Shown: positions 50,544-61,259 of the stretch, piece after piece
Numbering within the stretch: the stretch's first letter is position 1
Layout: every line of letters begins with the position of its first letter
Origin: Candidatus Obscuribacterales bacterium
Lineage (GTDB): Bacteria > Cyanobacteriota > Vampirovibrionia > Obscuribacterales > Obscuribacteraceae
DNA length: 64,000 nucleotides
Assembly: GCA_965228855.1 (NCBI GenBank)
Contig: CBDDIJ010000003.1
Coordinates: 2,240,001 to 2,304,000 of the forward strand
Direction of reading: 5' to 3'
Notes under the pieces: generated by a model
Told to the model about the DNA's origin: nothing
Databases searched by the model: none
The model's input: the letters and a program-made list of their open reading frames with translations, nothing else
Made by a program: the position numbers and the translations under genes

Positions 50544-51215
50544 ATGAGACTTAAATCCGGAAAGTTAGCAGGCGCAACGACCTTGGCACTTTCTTGCTTG
50601 TTAACGCTGACGTTTGTTCTGACCGGCTGCACGCCGCAGACAACTGAGAAAGCCAAGCCCGATCCGAACCAAGCTTTCATTGATAGCTTCTGCAAAGGCG
50701 AACCGGACATGACAGTCACTTTTCCGGAAGCAGAGTTTGCTAAAGCAAAGGAACTTCAGAAGCAGAAGAAACTTGACTCAGCGCAAAAACTTCTTCTGGA
50801 CAAACTCGAAGATGCGCGGAAGTCTGCAAGAGGCACCACCCAACTCGGTCAATACCTGACGCGCCTCAACAACATCTTTTTTGAAAGAGGCAACGACACT
50901 CAAGCAATAAAATACGGCGAAATTGCTTCCAAGATTTTCTACGATCAGCCCCTTGCCAAGCGTCCAATCGCTCCTTGGTTTGTAAACCTGCACTCCTATC
51001 TCGGTATGAGTTACGAGCGTATGGGCAAATATAAGGAAGCGGAACTGGAGTTCCAAAAGGCAATTCGGATTGCGACAAACGCACCGAGAGCTGAAGTAGC
51101 AGACGATTGGATGAGATTGTTGTACCAGCGTCTAGCAGCGTGCTTCGACGCACAGAAGCAGCCGGAAAAGGCGAAGAAGGTACGCGAATCGCTGAAGAAT
51201 TTGAAACGAGGATAG
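50544..51215 (+). CDS. TPR lipoprotein
   Basis: Lipobox LTG|C; TPR-like YLGMSYERMGKYKEAE..FQKAI. Confidence 0.8.
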   Translation: MRLKSGKLAGATTLALSCLLTLTFVLTGCTPQTTEKAKPDPNQAFIDSFCKGEPDMTVTFPEAEFAKAKELQKQKKLDSAQKLLLDKLEDARKSARGTTQLGQYLTRLNNIFFERGNDTQAIKYGEIASKIFYDQPLAKRPIAPWFVNLHSYLGMSYERMGKYKEAELEFQKAIRIATNAPRAEVADDWMRLLYQRLAACFDAQKQPEKAKKVRESLKNLKRG

Positions 51216-51869
51216 TTGGAAGCGGCAGAGGGCCACAAACTGTCAAAGAACGCTCGATTGCAGGAAACTCAGTCAGTCAGCGAAAGCGGATTTCAGTTCA
51301 CTGACCTTTTTTTCTCAAGAAAGCTCTGGCAGCGCATTCGCAAGCCGCTCATCAGCACCGGATTGTTTGTCATACTCTCGACATTCATCATCTATCTTCT
51401 TCTGCCCAATCTTGTTCTTGCGCGGCTTGTTGAGCCACTTCATAAGTTCATAGCCTTTTTCAACCTGGCACAGGGCTATGGAGTTTTCGCACCGAATCCG
51501 ACAACTAAGAACTCGCATATAGTCGGTGTCGTCTTCTACACCGATGGGTCTTCGAGACTCTACGAGTTCCCGCGGCTCGACAGGATTTCCATGACAAATA
51601 AGTTGTGGAAAGAGCGTTATCGCAAATTTCTGGAAGACAACATCCCACAAAAACGCAACGCGCATCTGGTTAACGACGTCGCCCGTTTTGTTGCCAGGGA
51701 AACCGATATATTCCCGAAAAACTCAAGCACGAGCAACAGACCGGAAACAGTCATGCTGCTCAATTATTACGCCGAAGCTCCACCGATTCATGCCCACAAA
51801 CATAGTCCGTCGCACTTCAACATGCGCGTGCTCTGCACTTATTCGGTGACCAGGGAAGATCTCCAATGA
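51216..51869 (+). CDS. SdpA/DUF5819-like membrane-anchored protein (paralog 1)
   Basis: One TM, then LAQGYGVFAP..DGS..LYEFPR..ERYRKF; ATGA overlap with the HTTM gene. Confidence 0.65.
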   Translation: MEAAEGHKLSKNARLQETQSVSESGFQFTDLFFSRKLWQRIRKPLISTGLFVILSTFIIYLLLPNLVLARLVEPLHKFIAFFNLAQGYGVFAPNPTTKNSHIVGVVFYTDGSSRLYEFPRLDRISMTNKLWKERYRKFLEDNIPQKRNAHLVNDVARFVARETDIFPKNSSTSNRPETVMLLNYYAEAPPIHAHKHSPSHFNMRVLCTYSVTREDLQ

Positions 51870-52798
51870 AAATTGCAGAAATAGCAGCGGGCTGGGATAG
51901 ATTTTTCTTTTCACCGGTGTCACCATATCCGGTGGCAGCTTATCGAATTCTACAAGGTTGTATTTACCTGCAATTCGCTCTGGCTCTCGGTCCCGACCTA
52001 CAAGTCTGGTACGGATATCCTGGAATCATTCTGGAAAGCACTTTGGCTGCCGACGGAATAAATAAACTGAATGTACTGAGTTACTACCACAACAACGAAT
52101 GGGTTCTGGCTGTTTGGCTCATCTTGATCGCGGCATCCATTTGCCTGACTATTGGCTTCCAGACTCGAATTGCATCGATTATTCTATTCACCATCCTTGT
52201 CACCTACTCAAACAGAAACGCATATCTATTCAATGCTGGCGACACTTATTTGCGTTCGGTTGCCTTTTGGCTCGTGTTCGCTCCAAGTGCAGAAGTCTGG
52301 TCAGTCGATAGCTGGTTGAAGAATCGAAAAAAGGCTCCTTTCGATCCACTGGTCAGCGCCTGGGTTTGGCGCGCCTTGCAGTTGCAGTTGTGCTTCGTTT
52401 ATTACTCCGCCTTTTACACCAAGACGAGCGGATGGTATTGGTCTGTCGGCGAGGCTGTCTACATAGCGTCCAGGTTCGAATCGCTATTCCGGCTTCCATT
52501 GCCGTTTACCTTCGATGACGCACTCCTTGCCAGCATATTCACGTTTGGAACTTTAGCAGTGGAAGCGGCGCTTTACACGCTCATCTGGGTAAAAGAACTG
52601 CGGTACTACGTCATCGCTCTGGGCACATGTCTACACCTTACCATCGATTGGTGCATGAGCATTCCAATGTTTGAATGGATGATGATTGTGTCATTTGTCC
52701 TTTTCATCGACTCGGTCGACATCACAAATTTTGTCGCAGCGATGAAGCGCTGGCTGAAGAGTCCGCTGAAGGTTCTTCAGACACCAACAAAAGCTTAG
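51866..52798 (+). CDS. HTTM domain (SdpB / vitamin K-dependent carboxylase-like) membrane protein (paralog 1)
   Basis: W..FFF.P, R...G, GFQTR, RN....NAGD, SVD, LQLQLC.VY, K.....W..G.AVY, E and HL.ID motifs. Confidence 0.85.
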   Translation: MKIAEIAAGWDRFFFSPVSPYPVAAYRILQGCIYLQFALALGPDLQVWYGYPGIILESTLAADGINKLNVLSYYHNNEWVLAVWLILIAASICLTIGFQTRIASIILFTILVTYSNRNAYLFNAGDTYLRSVAFWLVFAPSAEVWSVDSWLKNRKKAPFDPLVSAWVWRALQLQLCFVYYSAFYTKTSGWYWSVGEAVYIASRFESLFRLPLPFTFDDALLASIFTFGTLAVEAALYTLIWVKELRYYVIALGTCLHLTIDWCMSIPMFEWMMIVSFVLFIDSVDITNFVAAMKRWLKSPLKVLQTPTKA

Positions 52799-52803
52799 CG
52801 TCA

Positions 52804-53556
52804 CTATTTTGCTTCGCGTGGCGCGAAGACAAGCTCATTTGCGTAAAACTTCTGATTGAGTTCGAGTATCTTAGACAGCTCTTCTCGACCTTGTTCTCGG
52901 CCAGGACGCTCGCGCGCGAGTTCTTCAAGAAGCTGCTTGCAGCTATCGAAATCGCGCGTGCTGTTTTTCGAATAACTGGTGACAAGATTCGCGTTGAGCG
53001 GCTCGTACCGGTCGAACATCTCTGAGCGCAAGTAGCTGGCCACGCCCCGGTCGTTCAAAATCCGGGCACGAAGCAACTTTGCTTCGTACGAAGATTGAGA
53101 CTCCAGTGATTTTAGATTGAGAGTGTACTGCTTTATGGCCGCATCGATGTCCTTCAAACTCATATATAGGAATGCGAGTTTACTGCGAAGTTTAAGAAGC
53201 TCAGCCGGTTTCAAGCTAACGTCATCGAGCGATTTGACATAGTCACTAAGGAGTTCGCGAGCCTTAACTTCCTGCCCGGTATTTAAATGCGCAATTATGA
53301 GATCGGCGCGTATCAGGTCAATTGTTGGAATATCAGGCGGAACCTTACTTTCAGCCTTTTTCAGATCGAGAGTCAGTCGGTAGAGATCGTTGTTGGGCGC
53401 GACAACCTTGGACCTGCTCGTCCAATTTAAAACAACCACCATGGTCGTAAGCCAGACCAATCCCAACCAGACGGCAGCGCGGCCGAAGTCACCTGGCGTC
53501 AACCTAGACACCAGTTTTTCGATTGAAAGACGCTTCGTTTTTTTTGACTTCGCCAT
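52804..53556 (-). CDS. Membrane-anchored TPR-like protein
   Basis: N-terminal TM; LAFLY..LKD.DAA..QY and ARILNDRGV helical repeats. Confidence 0.7.
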   Translation of the reverse strand: MAKSKKTKRLSIEKLVSRLTPGDFGRAAVWLGLVWLTTMVVVLNWTSRSKVVAPNNDLYRLTLDLKKAESKVPPDIPTIDLIRADLIIAHLNTGQEVKARELLSDYVKSLDDVSLKPAELLKLRSKLAFLYMSLKDIDAAIKQYTLNLKSLESQSSYEAKLLRARILNDRGVASYLRSEMFDRYEPLNANLVTSYSKNSTRDFDSCKQLLEELARERPGREQGREELSKILELNQKFYANELVFAPREAK

Positions 53557-54044
53557 TTACCTATATATAGGTTGCTTCGCAGGAGGGAGCTAAAACATCT
53601 TGATACTGCTCGTGATACTAAGCATAGAGGCTGATTCAGTTTTGTAAAAATCTTTACAACAGCCAAAATAGACCGTAACGCCCCTCCCACAATCGATTCC
53701 CTGGAAAACTGAAATTCGTGAAGTGTGAAAATTGTTTGCGCAGTGGGCATGATAGTGATGTCTATTAGAAATGCTCATGCGCGATCCATCATGCATTTGG
53801 GTATACTCGATAGATCAGATAGACAGCCCAAACACAGCATCCTGTCTAAGCTTGACGCGATTGACATCTCAAAAAAGCGCGTGATAGGATTGAAATAACT
53901 CAGATTCCGTGGTGTCATTTGGCCTTGCGCTTGATGACATGTTTGCATCCGGTCCCTATAAGAGTTGTGCCAGGGAGCATAAAATACCGGAGGAGTTCTT
54001 ACTAAATCTTTTTTCTCTCAAGTACTTGTGGATAGTTTCTATTA

Positions 54045-54656
54045 ATGGCACGGTGGACCAAAAATATGACTCGTAGACGTTCATCAATAAAAAGACGTGG
54101 AAAGACCGGAGCTATGGCTGCCGAATACGTCGCGACCATGTACCTTTTGTTCATCTTTATGTTTTTCCCGATTCTTAATTTGGGTACAGTCGGACTGAAT
54201 GCATTCTTCCTCTGGTTTGCGACAAACTGCGCAGCCACAGTGGGAGCCAAATCACAGTGCTTCCAGCAAGCTGTGCAGATTCCATCAGGGACCGGTCCCT
54301 GGTATCCGGGCGCATATGATACCGCCCGAGCAAAGGCGACCGAGATCAGAAATATGTTCCCCGGTATCAGCTGGGTGGCAACAGCTACCAACCCTGAAGT
54401 CAAGGCGATTGCAGAACCTATCGACCCGGCGGCGGGACTGTCTCCCTATCAGCACATCGGACCCGGTGCATGGCCTGCCGGCGCTCCGCGCCCGGACCCG
54501 GATCAATATACTTTGCTTCTGCGTGTGACCATTAACGGCGCAGCCTCGCCACTGATCGTGGTGCCCTGGTTCAACGTACCGGGTCTGAGCAAGCCGATGC
54601 AACTTCAGATGGTGTCGCAAGCACAATTTGAGAACCCGCCTGGTCTGTTGTTCTAG
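54045..54656 (+). CDS. TadE-like pseudopilin
   Basis: Basic leader, G|AMAAE (Glu at +5), hydrophobic helix. Confidence 0.75.
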   Translation: MARWTKNMTRRRSSIKRRGKTGAMAAEYVATMYLLFIFMFFPILNLGTVGLNAFFLWFATNCAATVGAKSQCFQQAVQIPSGTGPWYPGAYDTARAKATEIRNMFPGISWVATATNPEVKAIAEPIDPAAGLSPYQHIGPGAWPAGAPRPDPDQYTLLLRVTINGAASPLIVVPWFNVPGLSKPMQLQMVSQAQFENPPGLLF

Positions 54657-54678
54657 AACCTGGCTTCATCAAGAATTC

Positions 54679-54709
54679 AAAGCCTCGGACCAATGGTCTG
54701 GGGCTTTTT
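54679..54709 (+). terminator. Intrinsic terminator
   Basis: AAAGCCTCGGACC-AAT-GGTCTGGGGCTTT-TT. Confidence 0.8.
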
Positions 54710-54894
54710 CTTGTAAGACACGCATTTCTGTTTCAAATCTAAAAATCTTCCTCACAAAGTCCTCACACAACTTCCATAAGGTGGAAAGTAGGAAATTGTG
54801 CCTATTCGTAAGAACCAGGGAACGAAGAACTCCCGCATGGCACGGTTAGGAATATCGACTCATTTACCACTTCAGAGGAGAACCAGGAGCACTT

Positions 54895-57624
54895 ATGCTC
54901 AAACCACGAAAGATCCGTGATCAAAAAGGGGCTGCAGTGACTGGACTCGTCATTGCGCTTATGTTCTTCATACTCATGGCTGGCTTGTTCGCTTTTGACG
55001 CCAGCCGAGTTCAGATGGCCCAACGGGAATTGACGGCAACTTGCGACGCCGCGGCTCTTGCTGGAACAGCCATGTTGACGAGTTATGACGTAAGTAACGA
55101 CACAGGCCCACCCGCTTCAACGCAGCCGGCAGGAAGCAAACTGCTGGATGCGCAAAACAACTCTGGTGCTTATTCGTACAACATGTTCCTGATGGGCAAC
55201 GTGCTTGGAAAGTGGATTCGTCCGCAGACCGCGCTCGTATCCACAGTCGGACAATTGGGCACGACAACCGATGGCGAAGTCAAAGTTTGTATCGGTCTCG
55301 TCGACCCATTGAATGGATATTCATCGGTACCACCTGTGATACCAGGTAACGCAGCAGGCACCGCGATTGGTGTATACGCAGGGTATGGATATCACCCGGC
55401 GTTTATCTCATTTTTCGGTGTTGGTAACGTTGGTATCAGAGCATCATCGGTCGGCGGCTTGCCGCAGGTCGACGCGGTTCTCGTACTCGACCTTTCCGGA
55501 TCGATGGACGATCTGACGCCGGTAACGCTGGTGAAGCGTTATTGGGATGCGCACCGCGGTGCCAACATGCAGGTATCAACAGCCTACAATGTCACCCCTG
55601 GATACACCACTGCAGCTTACACGCAGCTGAGTACTTCAGGCGGTGTTCCGTCTCAAGTTGTCTATGATGAGCCGGACCCGAACAGAGGCTACAACGGTCC
55701 AGCCACCGACAACAGAGGTTGGACAGACGAGCGACACGTCGCCACTCCCCTGATTAACACCATGATGTCTGGCAACAGTGCATCACCTTACACGCATACA
55801 AATCCTCCAACTTATGCCACCGACCTGACGACTGCCGATCTGGCGTCACAATCAACCGGGGCAAGTTTGGTAAACGGCACGCCCGAGAAGAACGGTAGTC
55901 CCGATAATATTTTCAATCCGGACTTCGATGAGTTTCAGGGGCATGGCTGCGTGACCTATCTAGAGACCAGACACCCGAATGCAAACCAGAGCATTATCGA
56001 GTACGTCGGTCTGGACACAGCGACTTATCTGACCGGTACGTCGTTGAACGCACTTCCTCCGCAGAACCTCGGCTTCTCGGAGAAAGGGACTGTGTTGTCT
56101 GGTGACTCCACGATTGTTTTCAAAAACTATTTGAGACATTCGCCGGACAAAAATGACTACAACAGCGCTCCCGGTAACTGCCCCCTGATTAAGTCGGGAG
56201 TCGGGTCCGGAGTACAGACGATGTCCGGCTTCGGCTGGGTGACCTCAGGCGGCAGATGTTCGCCTTACAAGAACTACCTGACTGACCACCTTCACTATCC
56301 TCTGGCTCCAGCCAGCGGCATGGTCGGTGCGACGCTCAAGCCGCCCTACAATCACAGCGTTATCTATACGGATCTCGTTGTAAACTTCGGCGCTCCAACC
56401 AACGGTCAGAAGCCGATTCAACCGGTTTGGGGACCAAACATATTCCAGGCCGTCAACTATACATTCGGCGACTCGAGTGTTGAGGACGACTCTGTAATTC
56501 AGGGCAACTCATATAGTTTCCCGAACATCGCCGTGCTCGTTGAAGCGTCCAGAGGCAACCTTGATTCACCTGGAACAGGCAGCACAGGCAACTTCGATTC
56601 GACGGCGCTGCACAGAGGTTACGACCTCCGCGGCGGAGAAGGCACGTATCAGGCGTACTACTCCCCCAGTCTCACCGGGATGAATACGAACGCCGGACTC
56701 GTCCAACCTCAAGTGGGCTATCAACGAGCCTATCAACGACTGGCAATGTGGTATTCACAGCCAATCGCAACCACGCTAGATTCATGCGACCAGGCATTCT
56801 TCCAACGTCTGGCGGCTCTTACAGATTGCCGTTTCGGTCTCGTTGGATTCTCCGATCGCTGGACTCTCAGCGGCAACCCTGCTAACAGCGTTGCTTCAGC
56901 AAATACAGGTGTGTTCGGTTCATCCGCAAACTACACCGCAAGCGGTCCATCCGCTAACAGCTACTACTACGACATCAGCTTCACTGGCGTCGTGAACACA
57001 ACTCACGTCTGGGACGGACGGATCGGTCCCTCTGATGCATCTTGTGCGGTTCGACACGAATGTCGAGTGGACCAGAGCGCAGGCGGAGGTACGGGACAGG
57101 GGTTCAGGCTTCCCCGATTCCCACTTAACTCAAGCTTGAATAAGGCCGCATGTTTGCGAAACATGCAAAAGGGTTCTCCTTCCGGATCAACCTGGGCCTG
57201 GTCTAATCCGGACCACGGGGACGGACTGTACAACGGTCGACCGCTTAACGGCACAATGTGCTCAGAGGCGCTCGAAACAGCCCGACTCGCATTCCAAACA
57301 GCGCCGTACTCGATACGGCCCGGAAGTAAGCGCGCCATCATCTTCTTCACAGATGGTGTGCCGGTTCCACCTACTGAGGCAGGTCCTAGCGGCAACACAG
57401 CCGACGCTTGCCAGACAGACGGTATAGCCATCTTCTCGATTGGCTTGAACATGCTAGGAAATGGAGACCTTACAAACCAGCAAACTGCATTCCTCGGAAA
57501 CAGCAGTGGCGGTCTGTCTGGTAGAGCCAAGAACGGCGGTCGATTCTTCATGTGTAATGATGTGACCCAGGTTCAACAGGCGTTCTCCTCGATCGCACGC
57601 CGTCTGACGCAATCTCAGAAATAA
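54895..57624 (+). CDS. TadG-like pilus-tip protein: Tad N-domain + split vWA domain with a large insertion
   Basis: KG|AAVTG leader + TM, REL..TCDAAALAG (Tad motif), LVLDLSGSM MIDAS, later GLVGFS, IIFFTDG and IFSIG; GAGGAG upstream. Confidence 0.85.
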   Translation: MLKPRKIRDQKGAAVTGLVIALMFFILMAGLFAFDASRVQMAQRELTATCDAAALAGTAMLTSYDVSNDTGPPASTQPAGSKLLDAQNNSGAYSYNMFLMGNVLGKWIRPQTALVSTVGQLGTTTDGEVKVCIGLVDPLNGYSSVPPVIPGNAAGTAIGVYAGYGYHPAFISFFGVGNVGIRASSVGGLPQVDAVLVLDLSGSMDDLTPVTLVKRYWDAHRGANMQVSTAYNVTPGYTTAAYTQLSTSGGVPSQVVYDEPDPNRGYNGPATDNRGWTDERHVATPLINTMMSGNSASPYTHTNPPTYATDLTTADLASQSTGASLVNGTPEKNGSPDNIFNPDFDEFQGHGCVTYLETRHPNANQSIIEYVGLDTATYLTGTSLNALPPQNLGFSEKGTVLSGDSTIVFKNYLRHSPDKNDYNSAPGNCPLIKSGVGSGVQTMSGFGWVTSGGRCSPYKNYLTDHLHYPLAPASGMVGATLKPPYNHSVIYTDLVVNFGAPTNGQKPIQPVWGPNIFQAVNYTFGDSSVEDDSVIQGNSYSFPNIAVLVEASRGNLDSPGTGSTGNFDSTALHRGYDLRGGEGTYQAYYSPSLTGMNTNAGLVQPQVGYQRAYQRLAMWYSQPIATTLDSCDQAFFQRLAALTDCRFGLVGFSDRWTLSGNPANSVASANTGVFGSSANYTASGPSANSYYYDISFTGVVNTTHVWDGRIGPSDASCAVRHECRVDQSAGGGTGQGFRLPRFPLNSSLNKAACLRNMQKGSPSGSTWAWSNPDHGDGLYNGRPLNGTMCSEALETARLAFQTAPYSIRPGSKRAIIFFTDGVPVPPTEAGPSGNTADACQTDGIAIFSIGLNMLGNGDLTNQQTAFLGNSSGGLSGRAKNGGRFFMCNDVTQVQQAFSSIARRLTQSQK

Positions 57625-57655
57625 TCTCGAGTTTATTCCCGATTGCGAATCACTT

Positions 57656-57693
57656 AAATTGCCTGCATCCGAAAGGTTGCAGGCAATTTTTTT
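57656..57693 (+). terminator. Intrinsic terminator
   Basis: AAATTGCCTGCA-TCCGAAAGGT-TGCAGGCAATTT-TTTT. Confidence 0.88.
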
Positions 57694-57934
57694 GCTTTGA
57701 ACCCAGCCCATCCTCCTTCGTCCGCCAGAAATTCCTGCAGGGGAAACCGTAAGCCGTGAAATCTTGGGGGTTTTGGGGAATTGTATTAGAGGCGGATAGT
57801 ATCGGCTTCGATAGCATCTGCTTGTCGACGGTCAACATCCCCAAATTGCCCATGTGTTGATACTTTTCACGTACACTTCACGTTCGCAATCTAGGATGTT
57901 AATGTAGGCAATTTCTCTTTTTTGGAGGAGTTCT

Positions 57935-60520
57935 GTGAATAACCAAAATCAGCGTCCAAACAGAAGAAAGAAAAATCTTCTGAAGCGCTTGAAAGGTATC
58001 ACCGCTATTGAACTCGCGGCAATCGTGTCGATTCTCATCGTCATTTGCGCCCTGACATTCAATATATGTATTCTCATATTCTCTGCGGATATGTGCGACC
58101 GGGCTTGCAGAGACTGCGCCCGAGCCGCCGGACAAATGTCCACTCCGAAGGAAGCGGTCGACGCCATGAACGCGTGTTTGCTGCATCACAAGACCTCAGG
58201 TGGTTTTGTGATTACGTCATTCAATGCAGAGCTTCTCGTCTACGAGGACTACATCGATCACAGTAACGATCCGAATCCTCCGGGTCCGCCTGCGATGCCA
58301 CCTCCGAACTCTTCTTACAATACCCAGACAACTACAGCGGATCCGCAAGTTCTTGCAGACCCGCTTCACCGTGTTCCGGCTCCGGTACTCGGTGGTTGCC
58401 CTGGTCCATTCGTAATGGTCCGGACAAATCTGACATCGCGGATTCCGGCACCGATCTTCTTTTTCGGTGCTCACTTCCAGGGCAATAGCGGAAACTTGAT
58501 GGACTTTTCGAGTGTGTACACGTTCCCAATTACGAACACACTCGGACCTCTTGCTGTAGCGCAAACCGGCTCCGACCCTAACCCGGGCGGACCGACCTCT
58601 ACAGGTACTACTGAACCCGTTATTGGTCAAACCACTTCCAATCCACAGGCCGGTCCTTCCGGTCCGTTGGGACCAGGCGGTCCTGGCGGTCCAGTAGGTC
58701 CCGGTGGTCCTCTAGGTCCTGGCGGTCCTAACGGTCCTGGCGGACCTCAAGGTCCTGGTGGACCTCAAGGTCCCGGCGGTCCTGAAGGTCCCGGCGGTCC
58801 TGGTGGTCCCCAAGGTCCTGGCGGTCCTGGTGGTCCCGGCGGTCCTGAAGGTCCCGGCGGTCCGGCTGGTCCTGGTGGACCTGGCGGTCCTGGCGGTCCT
58901 GAAGGTCCCGGTGGTCCCGGTGGTCCTGCCGGTCCCGGCGGTCCTGGTGGTCCTCTCGGTCCTGGTGGTCCTTCCGGTCCACTCGGTCCTGGCGGTCCCT
59001 TAGGTCCTGGCGGTCCTGGTGGTCCTGCTGGTCCTGGCGGTCCTAGCGGTCCTGGCGGTCCTGCCGGCCCCGGTGGTCCTAAAGGTCCTGAAGGACCTGG
59101 CGGTCCCGGTGGTCCTGGTGGTCCGGCCGGTCCTGGTGGTCCTAGCGGTCCTGGCGGTCCTGGTGGTCCGAAGGGTCCTGGCGGTCCTGGTGGACCGAAA
59201 GGTCCTGGCGGTCCTAAGGGTCCTAGTGGTCCCGGCGGTCCTGGTGGTCCTAAGGGTCCTGCCGGTCCTGGCGGTCCTTCCGGTCCTGGTGGTCCTAAGG
59301 GTCCTGGTGGACCTGGTGGTCCTTCCGGTCCTGGCGGTCCCGGCGGTCCTGGCGGTCCTGCTGGTCCTGGCGGTCCTTCCGGTCCTGGCGGTCCTGCTGG
59401 TCCTGGTGGTCCTTCCGGTCCTGGTGGACCTGGCGGTCCTTCCGGTCCTGGCGGTCCCGGCGGTCCTGGTGGTCCGAAGGGTCCTGGCGGTCCTTCCGGT
59501 CCCGGTGGTCCCGGTGGTCCTGGCGGTCCTGTAGGTCCCAATGGACCTAGCGGTCCCGGTGGTCCTGGCGGTCCTAAGGGTCCTGGTGGTCCTTCCGGTC
59601 CTGGCGGTCCTTCCGGTCCTGGCGGTCCTTCCGGTCCTGGTGGTCCTTCCGGTCCTGGTGGACCTGGCGGTCCTAAGGGTCCTGGTGGTCCTTCCGGTCC
59701 TGGCGGTCCTTCCGGTCCTGGCGGTCCTTCCGGTCCTGGTGGTCCTTCCGGTCCTGGTGGTCCGAAGGGTCCTAGCGGTCCCGGTGGTCCCGGCGGTCCT
59801 GGTGGCCCGAGCGGTCCTGGTGGTCCCGGCGGTCCTAAAGGTCCTTCCGGCCCTGGTGGTCCTGGCGGTCCTAAGGGTCCTGGTGGTCCTGGCGGTCCTA
59901 AGGGTCCTGGCGGTCCTAAAGGTCCTTCCGGTCCTGGCGGTCCTTCCGGCCCTGGCGGTCCTAAGGGTCCTGGTGGTCCTTCCGGCCCTGGTGGTCCTGG
60001 CGGTCCTAAGGGTCCTGGTGGTCCTTCCGGTCCTGGTGGTCCTTCCGGTCCTGGTGGTCCTTCCGGTCCTGGTGGTCCTTCCGGTCCTGGTGGTCCTTCC
60101 GGCCCTGGTGGTCCTTCCGGTCCTGGTGGTCCTGGTGGTCCTAGCGGCCCTGGTGGTCCTGGCGGTCCTAAGGGTCCTAGCGGTCCTGGTGGTCCTTCCG
60201 GCCCTGGTGGTCCTAAAGGTCCTAGCGGTCCTGGTGGTCCAAGCGGTCCTGGCGGTCCTTCCGGCCCTGGTGGTCCAAGCGGTCCTGGTGGTCCAAGTGG
60301 TCCTGGCGGTCCTTCCGGTCCTGGTGGACCTGGTGGTCCTGCCGGTCCTGGTGGTCCTGCCGGTCCTGGCGGTCCCGGTGGTCCCGGTGGTCCAAGCGGT
60401 CCTGCTGGTCCTGCAGGTCCAATGGGTCCCGGTGGTCCTCTCGGTCCTGCTGGTCCTCTCGGCCCTGGTGGCCCTGGTGGAGCAGCTGGTCCTGCGGGAA
60501 GTACCGCGCCAATCGGATAA
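57935..60520 (+). CDS. TadE-like pseudopilin fused to about 200 Gly-Pro-X triplets (collagen/silk-like)
   Basis: GGAGGA RBS before GTG; KG|ITAIE prepilin motif + [17 protein letters not shown] repeats from about aa 240 to near the C-terminus. Confidence 0.85.
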   Translation: MNNQNQRPNRRKKNLLKRLKGITAIELAAIVSILIVICALTFNICILIFSADMCDRACRDCARAAGQMSTPKEAVDAMNACLLHHKTSGGFVITSFNAELLVYEDYIDHSNDPNPPGPPAMPPPNSSYNTQTTTADPQVLADPLHRVPAPVLGGCPGPFVMVRTNLTSRIPAPIFFFGAHFQGNSGNLMDFSSVYTFPITNTLGPLAVAQTGSDPNPGGPTSTGTTEPVIGQTTSNPQAGPSGPLGPGGPGGPVGPGGPLGPGGPNGPGGPQGPGGPQGPGGPEGPGGPGGPQGPGGPGGPGGPEGPGGPAGPGGPGGPGGPEGPGGPGGPAGPGGPGGPLGPGGPSGPLGPGGPLGPGGPGGPAGPGGPSGPGGPAGPGGPKGPEGPGGPGGPGGPAGPGGPSGPGGPGGPKGPGGPGGPKGPGGPKGPSGPGGPGGPKGPAGPGGPSGPGGPKGPGGPGGPSGPGGPGGPGGPAGPGGPSGPGGPAGPGGPSGPGGPGGPSGPGGPGGPGGPKGPGGPSGPGGPGGPGGPVGPNGPSGPGGPGGPKGPGGPSGPGGPSGPGGPSGPGGPSGPGGPGGPKGPGGPSGPGGPSGPGGPSGPGGPSGPGGPKGPSGPGGPGGPGGPSGPGGPGGPKGPSGPGGPGGPKGPGGPGGPKGPGGPKGPSGPGGPSGPGGPKGPGGPSGPGGPGGPKGPGGPSGPGGPSGPGGPSGPGGPSGPGGPSGPGGPSGPGGPGGPSGPGGPGGPKGPSGPGGPSGPGGPKGPSGPGGPSGPGGPSGPGGPSGPGGPSGPGGPSGPGGPGGPAGPGGPAGPGGPGGPGGPSGPAGPAGPMGPGGPLGPAGPLGPGGPGGAAGPAGSTAPIG
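58652..60505 (+). repeat. 9-bp-period coding repeat (GGN CCN NNN)n
   Basis: 1854 nt, about 206 Gly-X-Y triplets, almost all Gly-Pro-X (X = G, S, K, A, L, E, Q, V, N, M). Confidence 0.97.
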
Positions 60521-60551
60521 GCCAACGCCAACCGATAGACGAGAAGTACGT

Positions 60552-60597
60552 AAAAAAATTGAGGCTCCCCGGTTTGCTCCCGGGGAGACCTTTTTTT
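60552..60597. terminator. Bidirectional intrinsic terminator between convergent genes
   Basis: A7...CTCCCCGG-TTTGCTC-CCGGGGAG-ACC-T7. Confidence 0.8.
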
Positions 60598-60650
60598 ATG
60601 GAGATGTTTCTGAAAGACGAGAGCTAAGTCGCACCACCCTCGGTGCGCAA

Positions 60651-61256
60651 CTACTTCAACAAATCATTCCGTTTCACTCGATAAACGAAATAAGGAGTCT
60701 TGTCCCAGTGCCAGGGTAGATTTTGGAAGTGCACCCAATTTTTCGGATCAGGTTTTGGAACGTCAGCAAAGTTATAGATGTATGTGATGATTGACGGATT
60801 GTTTTTTGGATCTTCATTGCACCAAACCAGATACCGCGCCATGCTTGGAATGTACTTGCGTCCCCAGCGACCCGGCAAATACTCATAAAAAAGTGTTCGT
60901 CGTTTTTCATGAATGAAATGCTCCTGCTGACTGATCAAATTCATTCGCGGATACTCATAAAGTTTTTGAGTGCCATCCGCAAAGGTGATCACGGATAGCA
61001 TATGAAAGTTCGCTTTTCTCAAACCAGAGAACATCGTCCAGTTTTGTTCGAGACCAAAGAAACCCGCATAACGCCTTACGATCGGAATGAGCCAGGATTC
61101 ATTTCCTGGAAGATGCGAAAACGCAATCGCATTAGCGACGATAAGAAAAGTGACTATTAATCCGGAATAGATTTTCCGATCTCCGCTGCTCAAGGGCCTT
61201 TTCACCGGACCAAATTGGTCGGCACCTGCGACGGAAAAATTTTCGACTTCACCCAT
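60651..61256 (-). CDS. SdpA/DUF5819-like protein (paralog 2)
   Basis: [33 protein letters not shown] and NNP motifs. Confidence 0.65.
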   Translation of the reverse strand: MGEVENFSVAGADQFGPVKRPLSSGDRKIYSGLIVTFLIVANAIAFSHLPGNESWLIPIVRRYAGFFGLEQNWTMFSGLRKANFHMLSVITFADGTQKLYEYPRMNLISQQEHFIHEKRRTLFYEYLPGRWGRKYIPSMARYLVWCNEDPKNNPSIITYIYNFADVPKPDPKNWVHFQNLPWHWDKTPYFVYRVKRNDLLK

Positions 61257-61259
61257 ACT

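Noticed and set aside
58758..60719. Val/Leu-rich ORFs (VLVVLPVL...) and DRQDH-rich ORFs
   Set aside because: Alternative frames of the GGTCCT repeat
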